Of a stretch of DNA of 58,096 nt, positions 20,948 to 32,299 are shown piece by piece. The notes under the pieces were generated by a model. The model was not told the DNA's origin, did not search any database, and saw only the letters and a list, made by a program, of their open reading frames with translations. Made by a program: the position numbers and the translations under genes. The stretch is from an uncultured Gammaproteobacteria bacterium (GTDB lineage: Bacteria > Pseudomonadota > Gammaproteobacteria > SURF-13), in assembly GCA_963925015.1 (NCBI GenBank), contig CAWUTX010000030.1, forward strand, positions 1 to 58,096, given 5' to 3'. Numbering within the stretch: the first letter of the stretch is position 1; each line of letters begins with the position of its first letter.

Positions 20948-23097
20948 CGGCTAAGCAGGTCTTTGAGTTTATCCTGCAAGCGGTCGCGCAGCCCTTGTTT
21001 CTTTTCGTCCAGCTTTTGCTGCACCTTGGCCTTGGCGGTGTCGCCAATCATGGCGTTGATGTCAGGGCGGTAGGCAAGAGCGGAAAACGGCCCGCTGATG
21101 CGCACCGGAATGGTGAGCCCTTTGAGGTCGGTCAGCGCCTTGCCGCCCTGGCCCTCGAGCGTGCTTACCACGGTGACGCTGATCAGATAGTCCATCTGCT
21201 CGCGCACGAGATCCGCCTGGCCTTTGCCGGCGACGCCCAGCAGCGGCGATTTTGCGGCGAGATCGTCGTTGTGCGCGACGCCGTTGACGAGCGTGAGCGT
21301 GCCGCTCAGTTCGCTGAAATCAGCCTGATTGGGCGTGCTGTTGTCCGCTGCCACTGCGCCATCTTTCAGTTTGGCCTGTGCATCACGTAGCAGTTGTGCA
21401 ATGTTGACGCCCTTCACGGCACCGTCGGTGATGCTAAACGCGGCATTGCCCGAGAGTGTGCGCTTCAGCGCCTCCGGTGTGGCGCCTTGGGCGGTAAGTT
21501 TGGCGCTGAGCGTGGCGCGGCCTTCGAGACGATCCTTGCCATATAAATCCTTGAGCAGCAGCCCGATCTGCACGCCGGATAGCGATTCGTCCAGCGTAAG
21601 CTGCGGGACTTTACCGCGCACATCGAGACCCGCGCCGCCGCTGTATTTGCCTTGATAGAGATTCGCGCTCAGTGGCCTCAACTTGATATCGCCACTGTGC
21701 GCAACAAGCACGACCAGCGCATCGGCCAGCCGCAGATTTTTCACCCGGAGCGTTTTGACGCGCAGCGTAGCGTCGAGGTTCAGCTTGCGCAGAAGCTCGA
21801 CCGGCAGCGCGCTTGCCGCTGCCGCTGCGACACTCGCCGGTGTGGCGGCGGATTTTTTACCCCCCTGCGCTGATGACGGCGCCGGTGACAGCGTCGGCGG
21901 CAGATAGCGGTCGAGATCGAGCGTATTCAGCGCAAGCGCCAACACCGGCTGAGGTCTGGAAAGATTGTTGATGCCAAGGCTGCCGGTGGCCGTGGTGTCA
22001 TCCAGGCGCAGACGCAGGTTGCTCAATCGCAGATGCTGCGCGCTGGCGTCGATCTGCGTCTCGAGGGCGATCTTGGTCAACACGGCGGGGTCGGCGGTTG
22101 CGGGCGGCGTGACGCCGAACAGCGGCATCAGCGCGCGCGGGTTCAACTCCGTCACCTTGAGGTTGCCGTTGAAGGTCGGCGCGTCGACAATCTGGCTACC
22201 CTTGAAGCTGCCGCTGGCCGTCACGCCAAGGCCGCTCAGTTTTACGTCGCTGAGCGTGAGCGTCTGCTGCGGCCACTCCATGTTAAGCCGCGCGGACAGG
22301 CTGAGAGCCGATTTGGCGTCAGAATTTTTACCCTGCACGACAGTTTTGAGCAGCATGCCCTGAAGCTGGTAGTGTTGCTGCGCGATGTCGAACTTACCTT
22401 TGCCCTTGGCGGAAAACCGCGCACTCAGCGCAGGCTGCTTGCTTTCGAGCGCAAAATCGAGCGCGACATCAAACGGCGTATTATCGGCAAGCGCGCCGGT
22501 ACGCAGATTTATTTTGTCGAGCGCGTAATGCGCACCCGTTCCCCGGTCGTCATAGGTGACGGCGGCATTACTGATGCCCACGCCGCCGATGGCCAGCGCC
22601 GCGAGATTGGCGAGCGGATTTTTGGCCTCCGTTTTTTCATTTCTGGGAATGAGATCAGCCCAGTTCGTTTTGCCGGATTTATCCTTGCCGAGATTGAGCA
22701 CCAACCCGCGCAACGACACGGTGTCCAGCCGCACCTCTTTGCGCAGCAGCGGCAGCAGTTTTACGCGCACCTCGGCGGCCTCGGCGCTGACCAAGGGCTG
22801 CTTGCCGAACCCCGGCGCGTTGCCGAGCGCGAGCGCGCCGGTCTTTACACCCAGCCACGGAAACACCGACAGCGTAATGTCGCCCTGCAAGGTAAGTTCG
22901 CGCCCGGTTTTTTCCTGCACCAGTTGCACGATCTGCGGCTTGAAATCGTTCGGGTTGAAAAACAGCGGCAGCGCGATGGAGGCGACGACAATCACCAGCA
23001 GCACAATGCCGACGAGCCAGGCGAAAATTTTCAGCCCTTTGAGCATGCGGAAATCCTGATGGTGCAGCGTTGAATTATGGGGCAGAAACAGGCCCAT
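20944..23097 (-). CDS. asmA: AsmA family outer-membrane assembly protein
   Basis: 717-aa ORF with an N-terminal TM anchor, a long beta-rich repetitive body and a conserved AsmA C-terminal region. Confidence 0.8.
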   Translation of the reverse strand: MGLFLPHNSTLHHQDFRMLKGLKIFAWLVGIVLLVIVVASIALPLFFNPNDFKPQIVQLVQEKTGRELTLQGDITLSVFPWLGVKTGALALGNAPGFGKQPLVSAEAAEVRVKLLPLLRKEVRLDTVSLRGLVLNLGKDKSGKTNWADLIPRNEKTEAKNPLANLAALAIGGVGISNAAVTYDDRGTGAHYALDKINLRTGALADNTPFDVALDFALESKQPALSARFSAKGKGKFDIAQQHYQLQGMLLKTVVQGKNSDAKSALSLSARLNMEWPQQTLTLSDVKLSGLGVTASGSFKGSQIVDAPTFNGNLKVTELNPRALMPLFGVTPPATADPAVLTKIALETQIDASAQHLRLSNLRLRLDDTTATGSLGINNLSRPQPVLALALNTLDLDRYLPPTLSPAPSSAQGGKKSAATPASVAAAAASALPVELLRKLNLDATLRVKTLRVKNLRLADALVVLVAHSGDIKLRPLSANLYQGKYSGGAGLDVRGKVPQLTLDESLSGVQIGLLLKDLYGKDRLEGRATLSAKLTAQGATPEALKRTLSGNAAFSITDGAVKGVNIAQLLRDAQAKLKDGAVAADNSTPNQADFSELSGTLTLVNGVAHNDDLAAKSPLLGVAGKGQADLVREQMDYLISVTVVSTLEGQGGKALTDLKGLTIPVRISGPFSALAYRPDINAMIGDTAKAKVQQKLDEKKQGLRDRLQDKLKDLLSR

Positions 23098-23112
23098 GAT
23101 ACACTAGGCCGT

Positions 23113-23511
23113 ATGCCACAAATCGAGCGGCAACCTGTCGTAATCAAAAGCAATGACGGCGGCGCGCAGCCGGGCGCACTGCACGTTACCGCGTATAGTC
23201 CGCGCGCGCGAGTAGTGCGCGCGGCAAAGGTGTGGGCCGTGTGCTGGGTGCTGGCGCTGCTCGCGCTGCCCATCATCGGCCTGCACTGGATTCTGGTGCC
23301 CGCCCTCACCCTTGCCGGAGTGTTGCTGGGTTACCAGCGTTACCGCGCCACCACCACCAGCCAAAAAATAGAAGGACTATGCCCCGTGTGCCATAGCACT
23401 ATCGAGATCAAACTGGAGCCCGCAGAGCGCCCGCCGTTGTGGAAATATTGTCCCGCATGCAGCGCAGCGTTTTTTATCGAAACGCCCGCCCACGAAATGG
23501 CGGTAACCTGA
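23113..23511 (+). CDS. hypothetical membrane protein with a C-terminal double CxxC (zinc-ribbon-like) motif
   Basis: ATG at 23113 is preferred because the 23077 start would overlap the asmA start. Two TM segments, then CPVCHS...-N20-...CPACSA. Confidence 0.5.
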   Translation: MPQIERQPVVIKSNDGGAQPGALHVTAYSPRARVVRAAKVWAVCWVLALLALPIIGLHWILVPALTLAGVLLGYQRYRATTTSQKIEGLCPVCHSTIEIKLEPAERPPLWKYCPACSAAFFIETPAHEMAVT

Positions 23512-23618
23512 TGGGACGCGGTATCTACGCGCTGTTTCTGCTGCTGATCATCGGCGTCTGCGGCGCCGTGGCGCTTTATATTCTGGGCTACAACCTGATC
23601 GTGTGGTTTGTGAATTAG
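23511..23618 (+). CDS. 35-aa single-TM peptide, translationally coupled (TGATG overlap)
   Basis: My translation is MGRGIYALFLLLIIGVCGAVALYILGYNLIVWFVN*. Its start overlaps the stop of the preceding ORF. Confidence 0.35.
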   Translation: MGRGIYALFLLLIIGVCGAVALYILGYNLIVWFVN

Positions 23619-23652
23619 CGCGGTAGTTTCAAGAGCCAACGCTCGCTACTAT

Positions 23653-23946
23653 TTATAAATTGGACAGACCCCGCTTTACCGCAAGCACCGCGCCCCACGC
23701 CACCCAGCCGCGCTCCAGCCATTGCGCCACACGCTTGGGACGCCGCAGCACCGCCATCAAGGCCACCACGCCCACCAGCAACGCAGGATGGCCCCTGATG
23801 TAACGCAGCGCCACCAACCCTTGATCCACTATCGCCAGCGGCCCGCGCCAGGGCGCATAGGCCTGCGACAGCGTCGCGCGCTGGGCGGCGGCTCTTGCTA
23901 CCAGAGTCGCCCGGCGCTGAGCCAATTCGGTCAGCCTCGCGTTCAC
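23653..23946 (-). CDS. YqjK-like protein
   Basis: GTG at 23946 overlaps the upstream stop (GTGA). Sequence is VNARLTELAQRRATLVARAAAQRATLSQAYAPWRGPLAIVDQGLVALRYIRGHPALL.... Third gene of a yqjD-yqjE-yqjK type operon. Confidence 0.6.
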   Translation of the reverse strand: MNARLTELAQRRATLVARAAAQRATLSQAYAPWRGPLAIVDQGLVALRYIRGHPALLVGVVALMAVLRRPKRVAQWLERGWVAWGAVLAVKRGLSNL

Positions 23947-24335
23947 GAGCGGGAGGTCAACTGTTCGCAGTCCTTGGACAACTCCCCGAGGCTGGCCGCA
24001 AACGGGCGCGGCTTGGCTCTGGCCTTGCCGATCACCACCGCGCACGCCAGCGCCGCCACGAAGAGAAACAGAATCGCAGCAGTGCCCAACGCCAGCAGGC
24101 GATGGGTGTCCCAGAAAAAGACCACCACGAACAGCGTCGCAAGCACGACGCCGAGACCGGCGCAAAACAGTGCGACCAGCGTCCATAGCAGGATGGAACT
24201 GATCCGCATCCGCTCCTCTTCGATCTCGGTGGAGAGCAGCTCGAGCCGTGTGCGGCCGATGGCGAGCAGGGTGGCCGCCAGCGCCTTCACGGAATTGAAC
24301 AAGCCTCCGCCGGGGCCGTGCGCTTCAGAAACCAT
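23943..24335 (-). CDS. YqjE-like inner-membrane protein (holin-X/DUF1469-like)
   Basis: 130-aa ORF with ...RTRLELLSTEIEEERMRISSILLW... and two TM helices. Sits between the ElaB-like and YqjK-like genes. Confidence 0.7.
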   Translation of the reverse strand: MVSEAHGPGGGLFNSVKALAATLLAIGRTRLELLSTEIEEERMRISSILLWTLVALFCAGLGVVLATLFVVVFFWDTHRLLALGTAAILFLFVAALACAVVIGKARAKPRPFAASLGELSKDCEQLTSRS

Positions 24336-24344
24336 GCGCCCGGA

Positions 24345-24674
24345 TCAGCGGCGCGCGATCAACATGCCGAGCACGACGCCCACCGCAGCGGCGACGCCCA
24401 CCGACTGCCACGGATTGGCGCGCACATACTCATCGGTGGCCATTGCGGCCTCCTTGGTTTTTGCCACCACCGCAGCCTGCGCCGCGGCGAGCCCGGCCCT
24501 GGCGGACTTCAGCGATTCCTCCGCCTTGGCGCGCGCCGCCGCGATCCGCTCGCCGGTCTGGCTGGCAGTGGCTTTCAGCAACTCCTCCGCATCGGCCACC
24601 ACCGTCCGCAGATCATCCATCAGCTTTCCCGTGGTGACCTGCTCCGCGCCTGTTACTGATTTTGATATACGCAT
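24345..24674 (-). CDS. ElaB/YqjD/DUF883 family membrane-anchored ribosome-associated protein
   Basis: 109-aa ORF: a helical N-part, the ...YVRANPWQSVGVAAAVGVVLGMLIARR C-terminal anchor, typical of the family. Confidence 0.8.
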   Translation of the reverse strand: MRISKSVTGAEQVTTGKLMDDLRTVVADAEELLKATASQTGERIAAARAKAEESLKSARAGLAAAQAAVVAKTKEAAMATDEYVRANPWQSVGVAAAVGVVLGMLIARR

Positions 24675-24732
24675 ACGCTACCCCATATAGTTGTGACTCA
24701 AGGGTGACGCACTTCGATTTCACTCTAGCAGC

Positions 24733-25812
24733 CCGGTTTGTGTAAAGCTGAATTCAACAACTAAGTGCAACACTCGCGGCGAAAGGCTTCCGCGGGTGTT
24801 AAGTAGTTAAGGCACTTTCGCGGACGATTATTAAGACGCCGCTCGACATGCTTTATCTCACGTTTAGAGAGTCCGGTAAAGTCTGTGCCTTTGGGGAAGT
24901 AGCGCCGGACGAGGCCGACACTGTTTTCGACGGTACCCTTCTCCCAGCTGCGGTAGGGTTCGCAGAAGAAGGAACGGGTGCCGAGCGCAGCATTGATGTC
25001 CTGATGGTCGGTGTTCTCGGTGCCGTTGTCATAGGTCAATGTACGGCGTAACGACGTCGGGTATTGTGCCAGGGTGCGATTCACGGCGAGGCGGATGGAG
25101 CCGGCAGAGCGACGCGGCAGGCGCTGTAGTTTGATGAAGCGGGTCTTGCGCTCGGCGAGTACGGCCAAGGCGGCGGGCCCCTGACGGGAGACGGCGGTAT
25201 CGACCTCCCAGTGACCGGCCTGGCGGCGCAGCATGATAGAGACCGGGCGCTGCGCGAGCGGAACACGCCCTGGGATATGGGATTTGCGATGTTTGCGGCT
25301 ATGACCACGCGGCCAGCGCTTGCGGTGGGCGCGGGTTAAATGCGGGATCATTATACGGGCGTCGGTATAGAGCCATGGGTAGATAGCTTCGTGGCTGATC
25401 GTAGGCCATCGCGTCTGATGCCGGAGCCGGCCTGCGATCAACTCCGGCGACCAGCCCAGTTTCAGGCGTGACCGCACATGATGGCGCAGAGCCGCTGATT
25501 TGAGACGCGGCCGCTGATGGCTAACGCGCCAGCGGTGTCGGGCGCGGGCATGCGCCTTATGCGGGAGGTAATAGCCTCGGTGTAGCGGCGGCGCGTTGCG
25601 CTGTAACTCGCAGGAAAGGGTCGAAGGATTGCGCTGAAGCTGTCGGGCGATGGATCGAAGAGTACCCCCTTGGCTGCGCAGTACGGCGATTATATCTCGT
25701 TCATGTTTTGATAGGTGACTGTATTGTTTAGGCATAGTCCGCGCATCGTAGCGCGGATGCCTTCATTCACGAGGTGTTGCACTTTGAGATTGAACCTGGG
25801 AAAGCAAACCGG
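24733..25812 (-). mobile_element. IS30-family insertion sequence, apparently intact
   Basis: A single transposase ORF flanked by imperfect terminal inverted repeats: left CCGGTTTG...TTCAA...AAGTGCAACAC, and the right end in reverse complement CCGGTTTG...TTCAA...AAGTGCAACAC. Boundaries are good to a few nt. The target duplication was not resolved. Confidence 0.8.
24761..25735 (-). CDS. IS30 family transposase
   Basis: 324-aa uninterrupted ORF with an N-terminal HTH (LSKHERDIIAVLRSQGGTLRSIARQLQRNPSTLSCELQRN) and a DDE-type core (HWEVDT...YDNGTE...). Confidence 0.9.
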   Translation of the reverse strand: MPKQYSHLSKHERDIIAVLRSQGGTLRSIARQLQRNPSTLSCELQRNAPPLHRGYYLPHKAHARARHRWRVSHQRPRLKSAALRHHVRSRLKLGWSPELIAGRLRHQTRWPTISHEAIYPWLYTDARIMIPHLTRAHRKRWPRGHSRKHRKSHIPGRVPLAQRPVSIMLRRQAGHWEVDTAVSRQGPAALAVLAERKTRFIKLQRLPRRSAGSIRLAVNRTLAQYPTSLRRTLTYDNGTENTDHQDINAALGTRSFFCEPYRSWEKGTVENSVGLVRRYFPKGTDFTGLSKREIKHVERRLNNRPRKCLNYLTPAEAFRRECCT

Positions 25813-26075
25813 GGGTGGCGCGGAGTATTTCGCCAGATGCTTCGATGATACCCACGCGGCGGGTTACGGCGGGCTGACCCGATACAGGTTCTTCACTCAT
25901 GCTGCGATTCCCGTCGCCCAACTAGGAATAGGCACTAAATGGTGTATAACCCAACTCACACATCGGCTTCTAACTCTATCATTTCTCATACTCAAACCCA
26001 TGGAAACGATGTTGGGCGAATTAAAAACACCAAGCCTTGAAAAAGCACACCCATTTGGGCGGGCGCACATCACAT

Positions 26076-27596
<1,521 letters not shown>

Positions 27597-27700
27597 GGCC
27601 TAATTTAGCAGAAACCGGGCTAGGGCGTAAAACATAACCTTTATTTTCGGGGCGATAAGCGGGTATTCTTAGGGATGAAAGCAATAAGTGGGATGCAAGC

Positions 27701-28369
27701 ATGGCAAACGGGATGACAAAAGACGAAATGAAGCAGGCGGTGGCCAAGGCCGCCCTTGAATACGTTCAGGCGGGCGACGTGATCGGCGTCGGTACCGGCT
27801 CCACCGCGAACGCCTTTATCGACGCGCTGGCTACCATCAAGCACAAAATCGAAGGCGCGGTAGCCAGCTCCGAGGCCACCGGCAAGCGGCTGAAGGAGCG
27901 CGGCATTCAGGTGCTGGAGCTGAACGAGACCGGCGACCTGTCGCTCTATGTCGATGGCGCGGACGAGGCTACTAAACACCTGCACCTTGTTAAAGGCGGC
28001 GGCGGCGCGCTCACGCGCGAGAAGATCGTCGCGGGCGCCAGCCGCAAATTCATCTGCATCGCGGACGAATCCAAGTTGGTGGACGTGTTGGGCGCCTTCC
28101 CCTTGCCGATTGAAGTCATTCCCATGGCGCGCAGTTTCGTGGCGCGCGCTATCGTGAGGCTCGGCGGCGAGCCGGTGCTGCGTGAGGGGTTTACCACCGA
28201 CAACGGCAATGTGATCCTCGACGTGCACGGATTAAAAATAATGGAACCGGCGAAGCTCGAAGCCGAACTCAACAACATCCCCGGCGTGGTGACGAACGGA
28301 TTGTTCGCGCGGCGCCCGGCCGACGTGCTACTGCTCGGCACGCCCGCCGGCGTGCGCAAGCTCACGTAA
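27701..28369 (+). CDS. rpiA: ribose-5-phosphate isomerase A
   Basis: 222-aa ORF with ...[15 protein letters not shown]...YVDGADE......[13 protein letters not shown]... Confidence 0.93.
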   Translation: MANGMTKDEMKQAVAKAALEYVQAGDVIGVGTGSTANAFIDALATIKHKIEGAVASSEATGKRLKERGIQVLELNETGDLSLYVDGADEATKHLHLVKGGGGALTREKIVAGASRKFICIADESKLVDVLGAFPLPIEVIPMARSFVARAIVRLGGEPVLREGFTTDNGNVILDVHGLKIMEPAKLEAELNNIPGVVTNGLFARRPADVLLLGTPAGVRKLT

Positions 28370-28384
28370 GGGCGCCCGCAAATC

Positions 28385-28585
28385 ATGCTGCGCTGGCTGA
28401 TTGCTCTGGGCGCAATCCTGGTATTGATCGGCCTGTGCTGGCCGTGGCTCAGCAAGCTGGGTTTTGGAAAGCTGCCGGGCGACATCATGATCGAGCGCAA
28501 CGGTACGCGCTTTTATTTTCCCGTCACCAGTTCGATAGTGATCAGCATCATTATCTCCGCCGTGCTTTTAATGCTGCGCAAATAG
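28385..28585 (+). CDS. DUF2905 family small membrane protein
   Basis: 66-aa ORF with ...LGFGKLPGDIMIERNGTRFYFPVTSSIVISI..., the family signature. Confidence 0.75.
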   Translation: MLRWLIALGAILVLIGLCWPWLSKLGFGKLPGDIMIERNGTRFYFPVTSSIVISIIISAVLLMLRK

Positions 28586-28593
28586 AAGGCTAT

Positions 28594-29067
28594 ATGACCA
28601 GGAAACCCGAAGTCAAAAAAGACCCCATGTATATGCTGCTGCGCGAAGGCAAAATGGCCGGTTTCAACTCGCGCAAGGCGCACAGCGAAAAATGCGACCT
28701 CACGTGGTGTGACTACCGTGGCCTGAATCTGCGCGGACTCGACGCCGCTGGCCTTGACTTCAGTCACAGCTATTTCCGCCAGGCCGACCTGCGCGGTGTA
28801 GATATGTCCACCTGCAAACTGGAGGGCGCCAGCCTCAACGGCGCGCGCATCTCCGGCACCTACTTCCACAGGGGATTGAGCGCCGATGAAGTCACTCTCT
28901 CACTCCTGCACGGCACACGATTGCGAAATATACATAGCGCCAGAAATCGTAGCGAGCGGCTTTGTCACTCCCGGCATCCTGCCTCTCGTGACACTAGCAC
29001 ATCCTTGTGCGTCGCAGGCGCGGGGGCGGTGGAGCGGAGGAACCGGAGTGTACATACAAGTACATGA
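28594..29067 (+). CDS. pentapeptide-repeat protein (3' end doubtful)
   Basis: In-frame ATG at 28594. Sequence MTRKPEVKKDPMYMLLREGKMAGFNSRKA...CDYRGLNLRGLDAAGLDFSHSYFRQADLRGVDMSTCKLEGASLNGARISG...LLHGTRLR. The last roughly 48 codons look non-protein-like. Confidence 0.6.
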   Translation: MTRKPEVKKDPMYMLLREGKMAGFNSRKAHSEKCDLTWCDYRGLNLRGLDAAGLDFSHSYFRQADLRGVDMSTCKLEGASLNGARISGTYFHRGLSADEVTLSLLHGTRLRNIHSARNRSERLCHSRHPASRDTSTSLCVAGAGAVERRNRSVHTST

Positions 29068-29131
29068 GGATTCCGAGCACCGCACGCACCCGCATCAAAG
29101 ACGCGCAGTAGATTTAGGGCGCTAGGCATAG

Positions 29132-30337
29132 TTGCCCGTGAAAATCGGCACACCGTTAAGCCTCTCCGCCACGCGCGTCATGTTGCTCGGCAGCGGCGAG
29201 CTGGGCAAGGAAGTCATCATCGCCTTGCAGCGGCTGGGCGTGGAAGTGATAGCGGTGGATCGCTACGCGAACGCGCCGGGGCATCAGGTCGCACATCGTG
29301 CGCATGTGATCAACATGGCCGACGGCGCCGCATTGCGTGAGCTGATAAAGAAAGAAAAACCGCATCTCATCGTGCCTGAGATTGAGGCGATTGCGACGGA
29401 CGCGCTGGTCGAGATCGAGCGCGAAGGTCTTGCCGAAGTCATTCCCACCGCGCGCGCCGCGCAGCTCACCATGAACCGCGAGGGCATACGCCGCCTCGCG
29501 GCGGAAGAATTGGCCTTGCCCACTTCGCCCTACGCCTTTGCCGAAACCTTGGCCGGGCTGCGCGCGGCGATAGCTAAAAAAATAGGCTATCCGTGCATCA
29601 TCAAGCCGGTGATGTCATCGTCCGGCAAAGGCCAGTCGCTGATTAAATCCGCACACGAAGTGGAGGCGGCATGGAGCTACGCGCAAAGCGGCGGGCGCGT
29701 GGGCCTGGGCAAGGTGATAGTCGAGGGCGTGATCGATTTTGATTACGAGATCACGCAACTCACCGTGCGCGCTGTCGGCGACTCAGGCGAGGTCGAGACA
29801 TTTTTCTGCGAGCCCATCGGCCATGTGCAAGTACATGGCGATTACGTCGAAAGCTGGCAGCCGCAGCCGATGAGTAAAGCGGCGCTCGCCAAATCGCGCG
29901 AGATAGCCAAAAAAGTTACAGACAATCTGGGCGGGCGCGGCATCTTCGGCGTGGAGTTGTTTGTGAAAGGCGATCAAGTGTGGTTTTCCGAAGTCAGCCC
30001 GCGTCCTCACGACACCGGCATGGTGACCATGGTCTCGCAGCTGCAAAGCGAATTTGAAATTCACGCGCGCGCGATTTTGGGCCTGCCTGTGTCCATCGAA
30101 ATACGTAGCCCCGGCGCCAGCGCCGTGATTTACGGCGGCATGGAAGCCAAAGGCATTGCGTTTGAGGGCGTGGACGAGGCGTTGCGTGTGCCGGGTGCTG
30201 ATATTCGTTTATTCGGCAAACCGGAATCGTTTATCAAACGCCGCATGGGTGTAGCGCTCGCAAGCGGGAAAGATATTGACGAAGCACGCCACCGCGCGAA
30301 ACTTGCGGCAAGCAAGGTCAGGCCGGTTGCGGGGTAA
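29132..30337 (+). CDS. purT: formate-dependent phosphoribosylglycinamide formyltransferase
   Basis: 401-aa ORF with [39 protein letters not shown] and an ATP-grasp body. The start is TTG at 29132 or GTG at 29138. Confidence 0.93.
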   Translation: MPVKIGTPLSLSATRVMLLGSGELGKEVIIALQRLGVEVIAVDRYANAPGHQVAHRAHVINMADGAALRELIKKEKPHLIVPEIEAIATDALVEIEREGLAEVIPTARAAQLTMNREGIRRLAAEELALPTSPYAFAETLAGLRAAIAKKIGYPCIIKPVMSSSGKGQSLIKSAHEVEAAWSYAQSGGRVGLGKVIVEGVIDFDYEITQLTVRAVGDSGEVETFFCEPIGHVQVHGDYVESWQPQPMSKAALAKSREIAKKVTDNLGGRGIFGVELFVKGDQVWFSEVSPRPHDTGMVTMVSQLQSEFEIHARAILGLPVSIEIRSPGASAVIYGGMEAKGIAFEGVDEALRVPGADIRLFGKPESFIKRRMGVALASGKDIDEARHRAKLAASKVRPVAG

Positions 30338-30737
30338 TGCGGGCGTTAAGCCGTTGACGAAGCACGCGAGGCCCGGGCGCCTCATGCGGCGCGGACTCAC
30401 GCAGCCGGGCAAACCAGACCGGATTCGGAAAGTGTGCATCATCTTTGTAGCGCGGAATTACGTGCCAGTGCAGGTGCGGTGTCTGGTTGCCGAGTGAGGC
30501 GAGGTTGATTTTGTCGGGCCGCAGCAGTTCGCGTAGTACGGACTCGACGGTAAATACCACCTGCATGAAATGCACGCGGTCGTGTTCGGAAAGATCGGTC
30601 ATTTCCTTTATGTGCGCATTCCAGATCACGCGGCAGTAGCCGGGATAATCGGGATCGTCGACGAGTATCACGCGACAGCATGCGTCTTGCCACAGCAGGG
30701 TTTCGTCGTGTGCGGCGCAGAGCGGGCAAGCGTTCAT
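30318..30737 (-). CDS. HIT family hydrolase
   Basis: 139-aa ORF with the histidine triad HLHWHVIPR. Confidence 0.8.
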   Translation of the reverse strand: MNACPLCAAHDETLLWQDACCRVILVDDPDYPGYCRVIWNAHIKEMTDLSEHDRVHFMQVVFTVESVLRELLRPDKINLASLGNQTPHLHWHVIPRYKDDAHFPNPVWFARLRESAPHEAPGPRVLRQRLNARITPQPA

Positions 30738-30991
30738 GGTGCGGTGCGAATGAGGTTGAGTTTAAGCGGGCGCGGCAGCGTTCTGATTTCGTGTTCACGC
30801 CGCAGCGCCTGCGCGTGGCTTGCCGCCGGTTCGCAATACACCATTTTTACCGGTCTGCGCCCGCGCGTATACTTGGCGCCCGAGCCGTCGTTGTGCTGAC
30901 GTTCGCGGCGCGGCGGCTCGGTAGTGACGCCGGTATAAAGGCTGCCATCGGCGCACTTCAAGATATAACAAAACCAGGCTTGTTCACTCAT
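30734..30991 (-). CDS. GIY-YIG nuclease-domain protein (UPF0213 type)
   Basis: 85-aa ORF with WFCYILKCADGSLYTGVTTEPPRRERQHN.G.GAKYTRGRRP. Confidence 0.8.
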   Translation of the reverse strand: MSEQAWFCYILKCADGSLYTGVTTEPPRRERQHNDGSGAKYTRGRRPVKMVYCEPAASHAQALRREHEIRTLPRPLKLNLIRTAP

Positions 30992-31013
30992 CGCTTAATC
31001 TACCGGAGCCGCC

Positions 31014-31679
31014 GTGTCATCGCAGATATTGCCCGCTGTTGAGATTAACCCATCCACGCCGGTGACGGCCAGTGTGATTTTTCTGCACGGCCTTGGCGCG
31101 GACGGCCATGATCTGGCGCCGCTGGCCGCAGAGATGAATCTGGACGGCGTGCGCTTCGTGTTTCCGCATGCGCCGATCAAACCGGTGACGATCAACGGCG
31201 GTTATCGTATGCGTGCGTGGTATGACATTGTGGGCGCAGACATCACGCATGAGCAGGACTCAGTGGGCGTGCGCGAATCGGAGCAGCAGATAGGCGCATT
31301 GATTCAGCGCGAGCTGAAAAATGGCATATCGGCAGACCGCATTGTGCTCGCGGGCTTTTCACAGGGCGGCGCGATGGCGCTGCACACGGGCTTGCGTTAC
31401 CCGCAGCGGCTGGCCGGCATTGTTGCGCTGTCGTGCTATTTGCCGCTCGCGGCCAGCGTCAAGGCCGAGGTAAATGGCGCAAATTCACAGACGCCGATCA
31501 TGCTGCTGCATGGTACAGAAGATGACATTGTTCCGCTTGCGGCGGGCGAGCGTTCGCGGCGTTTATTGACTAGCCTCGGCTACAGCGTAACTTGGCGCAC
31601 CTATGGCATGGCGCACACGTTGTGTGTGGATGAAATTCAGGATATTGCGGGCTGGCTGAAAGACATATTGCAGGCGTAA
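31014..31679 (+). CDS. alpha/beta hydrolase, carboxylesterase/phospholipase family
   Basis: 221-aa ORF with FLHGLGADGHDL and the nucleophile elbow GFSQGGAMA. Confidence 0.8.
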   Translation: MSSQILPAVEINPSTPVTASVIFLHGLGADGHDLAPLAAEMNLDGVRFVFPHAPIKPVTINGGYRMRAWYDIVGADITHEQDSVGVRESEQQIGALIQRELKNGISADRIVLAGFSQGGAMALHTGLRYPQRLAGIVALSCYLPLAASVKAEVNGANSQTPIMLLHGTEDDIVPLAAGERSRRLLTSLGYSVTWRTYGMAHTLCVDEIQDIAGWLKDILQA

Positions 31680-31723
31680 AAAAGCGCGCCCCGCACCAGC
31701 GAGACGCGCCGTGTGAGTGTCGC

Positions 31724-32185
31724 TTAGTTGGAGATTTTCCAGCTGCCGTCACTCTGGCGGCAGGCCTCACCGTAAGCTGTCTGCTTCTTGCCGTCGACGG
31801 TGACGACAGTGGTGTATTCGCGGCAATTCTGGCCTGTGGTGTTCTTGTAGGTGCTTGTCGGGGTGACAGCCACATCGCGCCCGGTGTCCGGGTTGTGCCA
31901 GGAGGCCACTTGATTGACTTTGTTGTTCTCCAGGGCTTGCTGTGCCTTCAGTTGGTCGGTCTGATCCATGTATTTGCCGACTTCGCCGCCGATGATGGCA
32001 CCGATCAAGGTACCGGCAATGATGGCCGCCGTCTGCCCGCGGCCTCCGCCGACATTGGAGCCGAGCACGCCACCCAGCACGCCACCGAGCACGGCGCCGG
32101 TTTGCTGCTTGTCCGGCGGGGTCTGACAGCCGGCTACGGCCAGCGCTAACAGGCCGGCCACCAAAGTCGTAATGATCTTATTCAT
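31724..32185 (-). CDS. glycine-zipper / 17-kDa surface-antigen-like lipoprotein
   Basis: Start at MNKIITTL. Lipobox LAVAGC, glycine-zipper stretch GAVLGGVLGGVLGSNVGGG, and a C-terminal domain with ...CREYT...ACRQSDGSW. Confidence 0.7.
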   Translation of the reverse strand: MNKIITTLVAGLLALAVAGCQTPPDKQQTGAVLGGVLGGVLGSNVGGGRGQTAAIIAGTLIGAIIGGEVGKYMDQTDQLKAQQALENNKVNQVASWHNPDTGRDVAVTPTSTYKNTTGQNCREYTTVVTVDGKKQTAYGEACRQSDGSWKISN

Positions 32186-32299
32186 AAACTGGAATCTCCT
32201 GAGGGTGAGTACCAAGTGGCGTGCCTTGCGTTATTTTAACGTATGAGCAGGCAAAATGTTGACAAGTTCCCTGCGCGTGCTTAAAAAATATGGCCGTGG

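Noticed and set aside
25813-25890. Short ORF (MSEEPVSGQPAVTRRVGIIEASGEILRATP...) apparently interrupted by the IS30 element
   Set aside because: It is too short and featureless to call a gene. Joining across the IS gives only a roughly 34-codon frame. I mention it under the IS30 finding but do not annotate it.
28980-29131. ZTP (pfl) or purine riboswitch upstream of purT
   Set aside because: CGTGAC and GGAACC-like fragments are present. The conserved 3' pseudoknot element (CCGCCTGGGC-like) and the purine-riboswitch junction motifs are absent.
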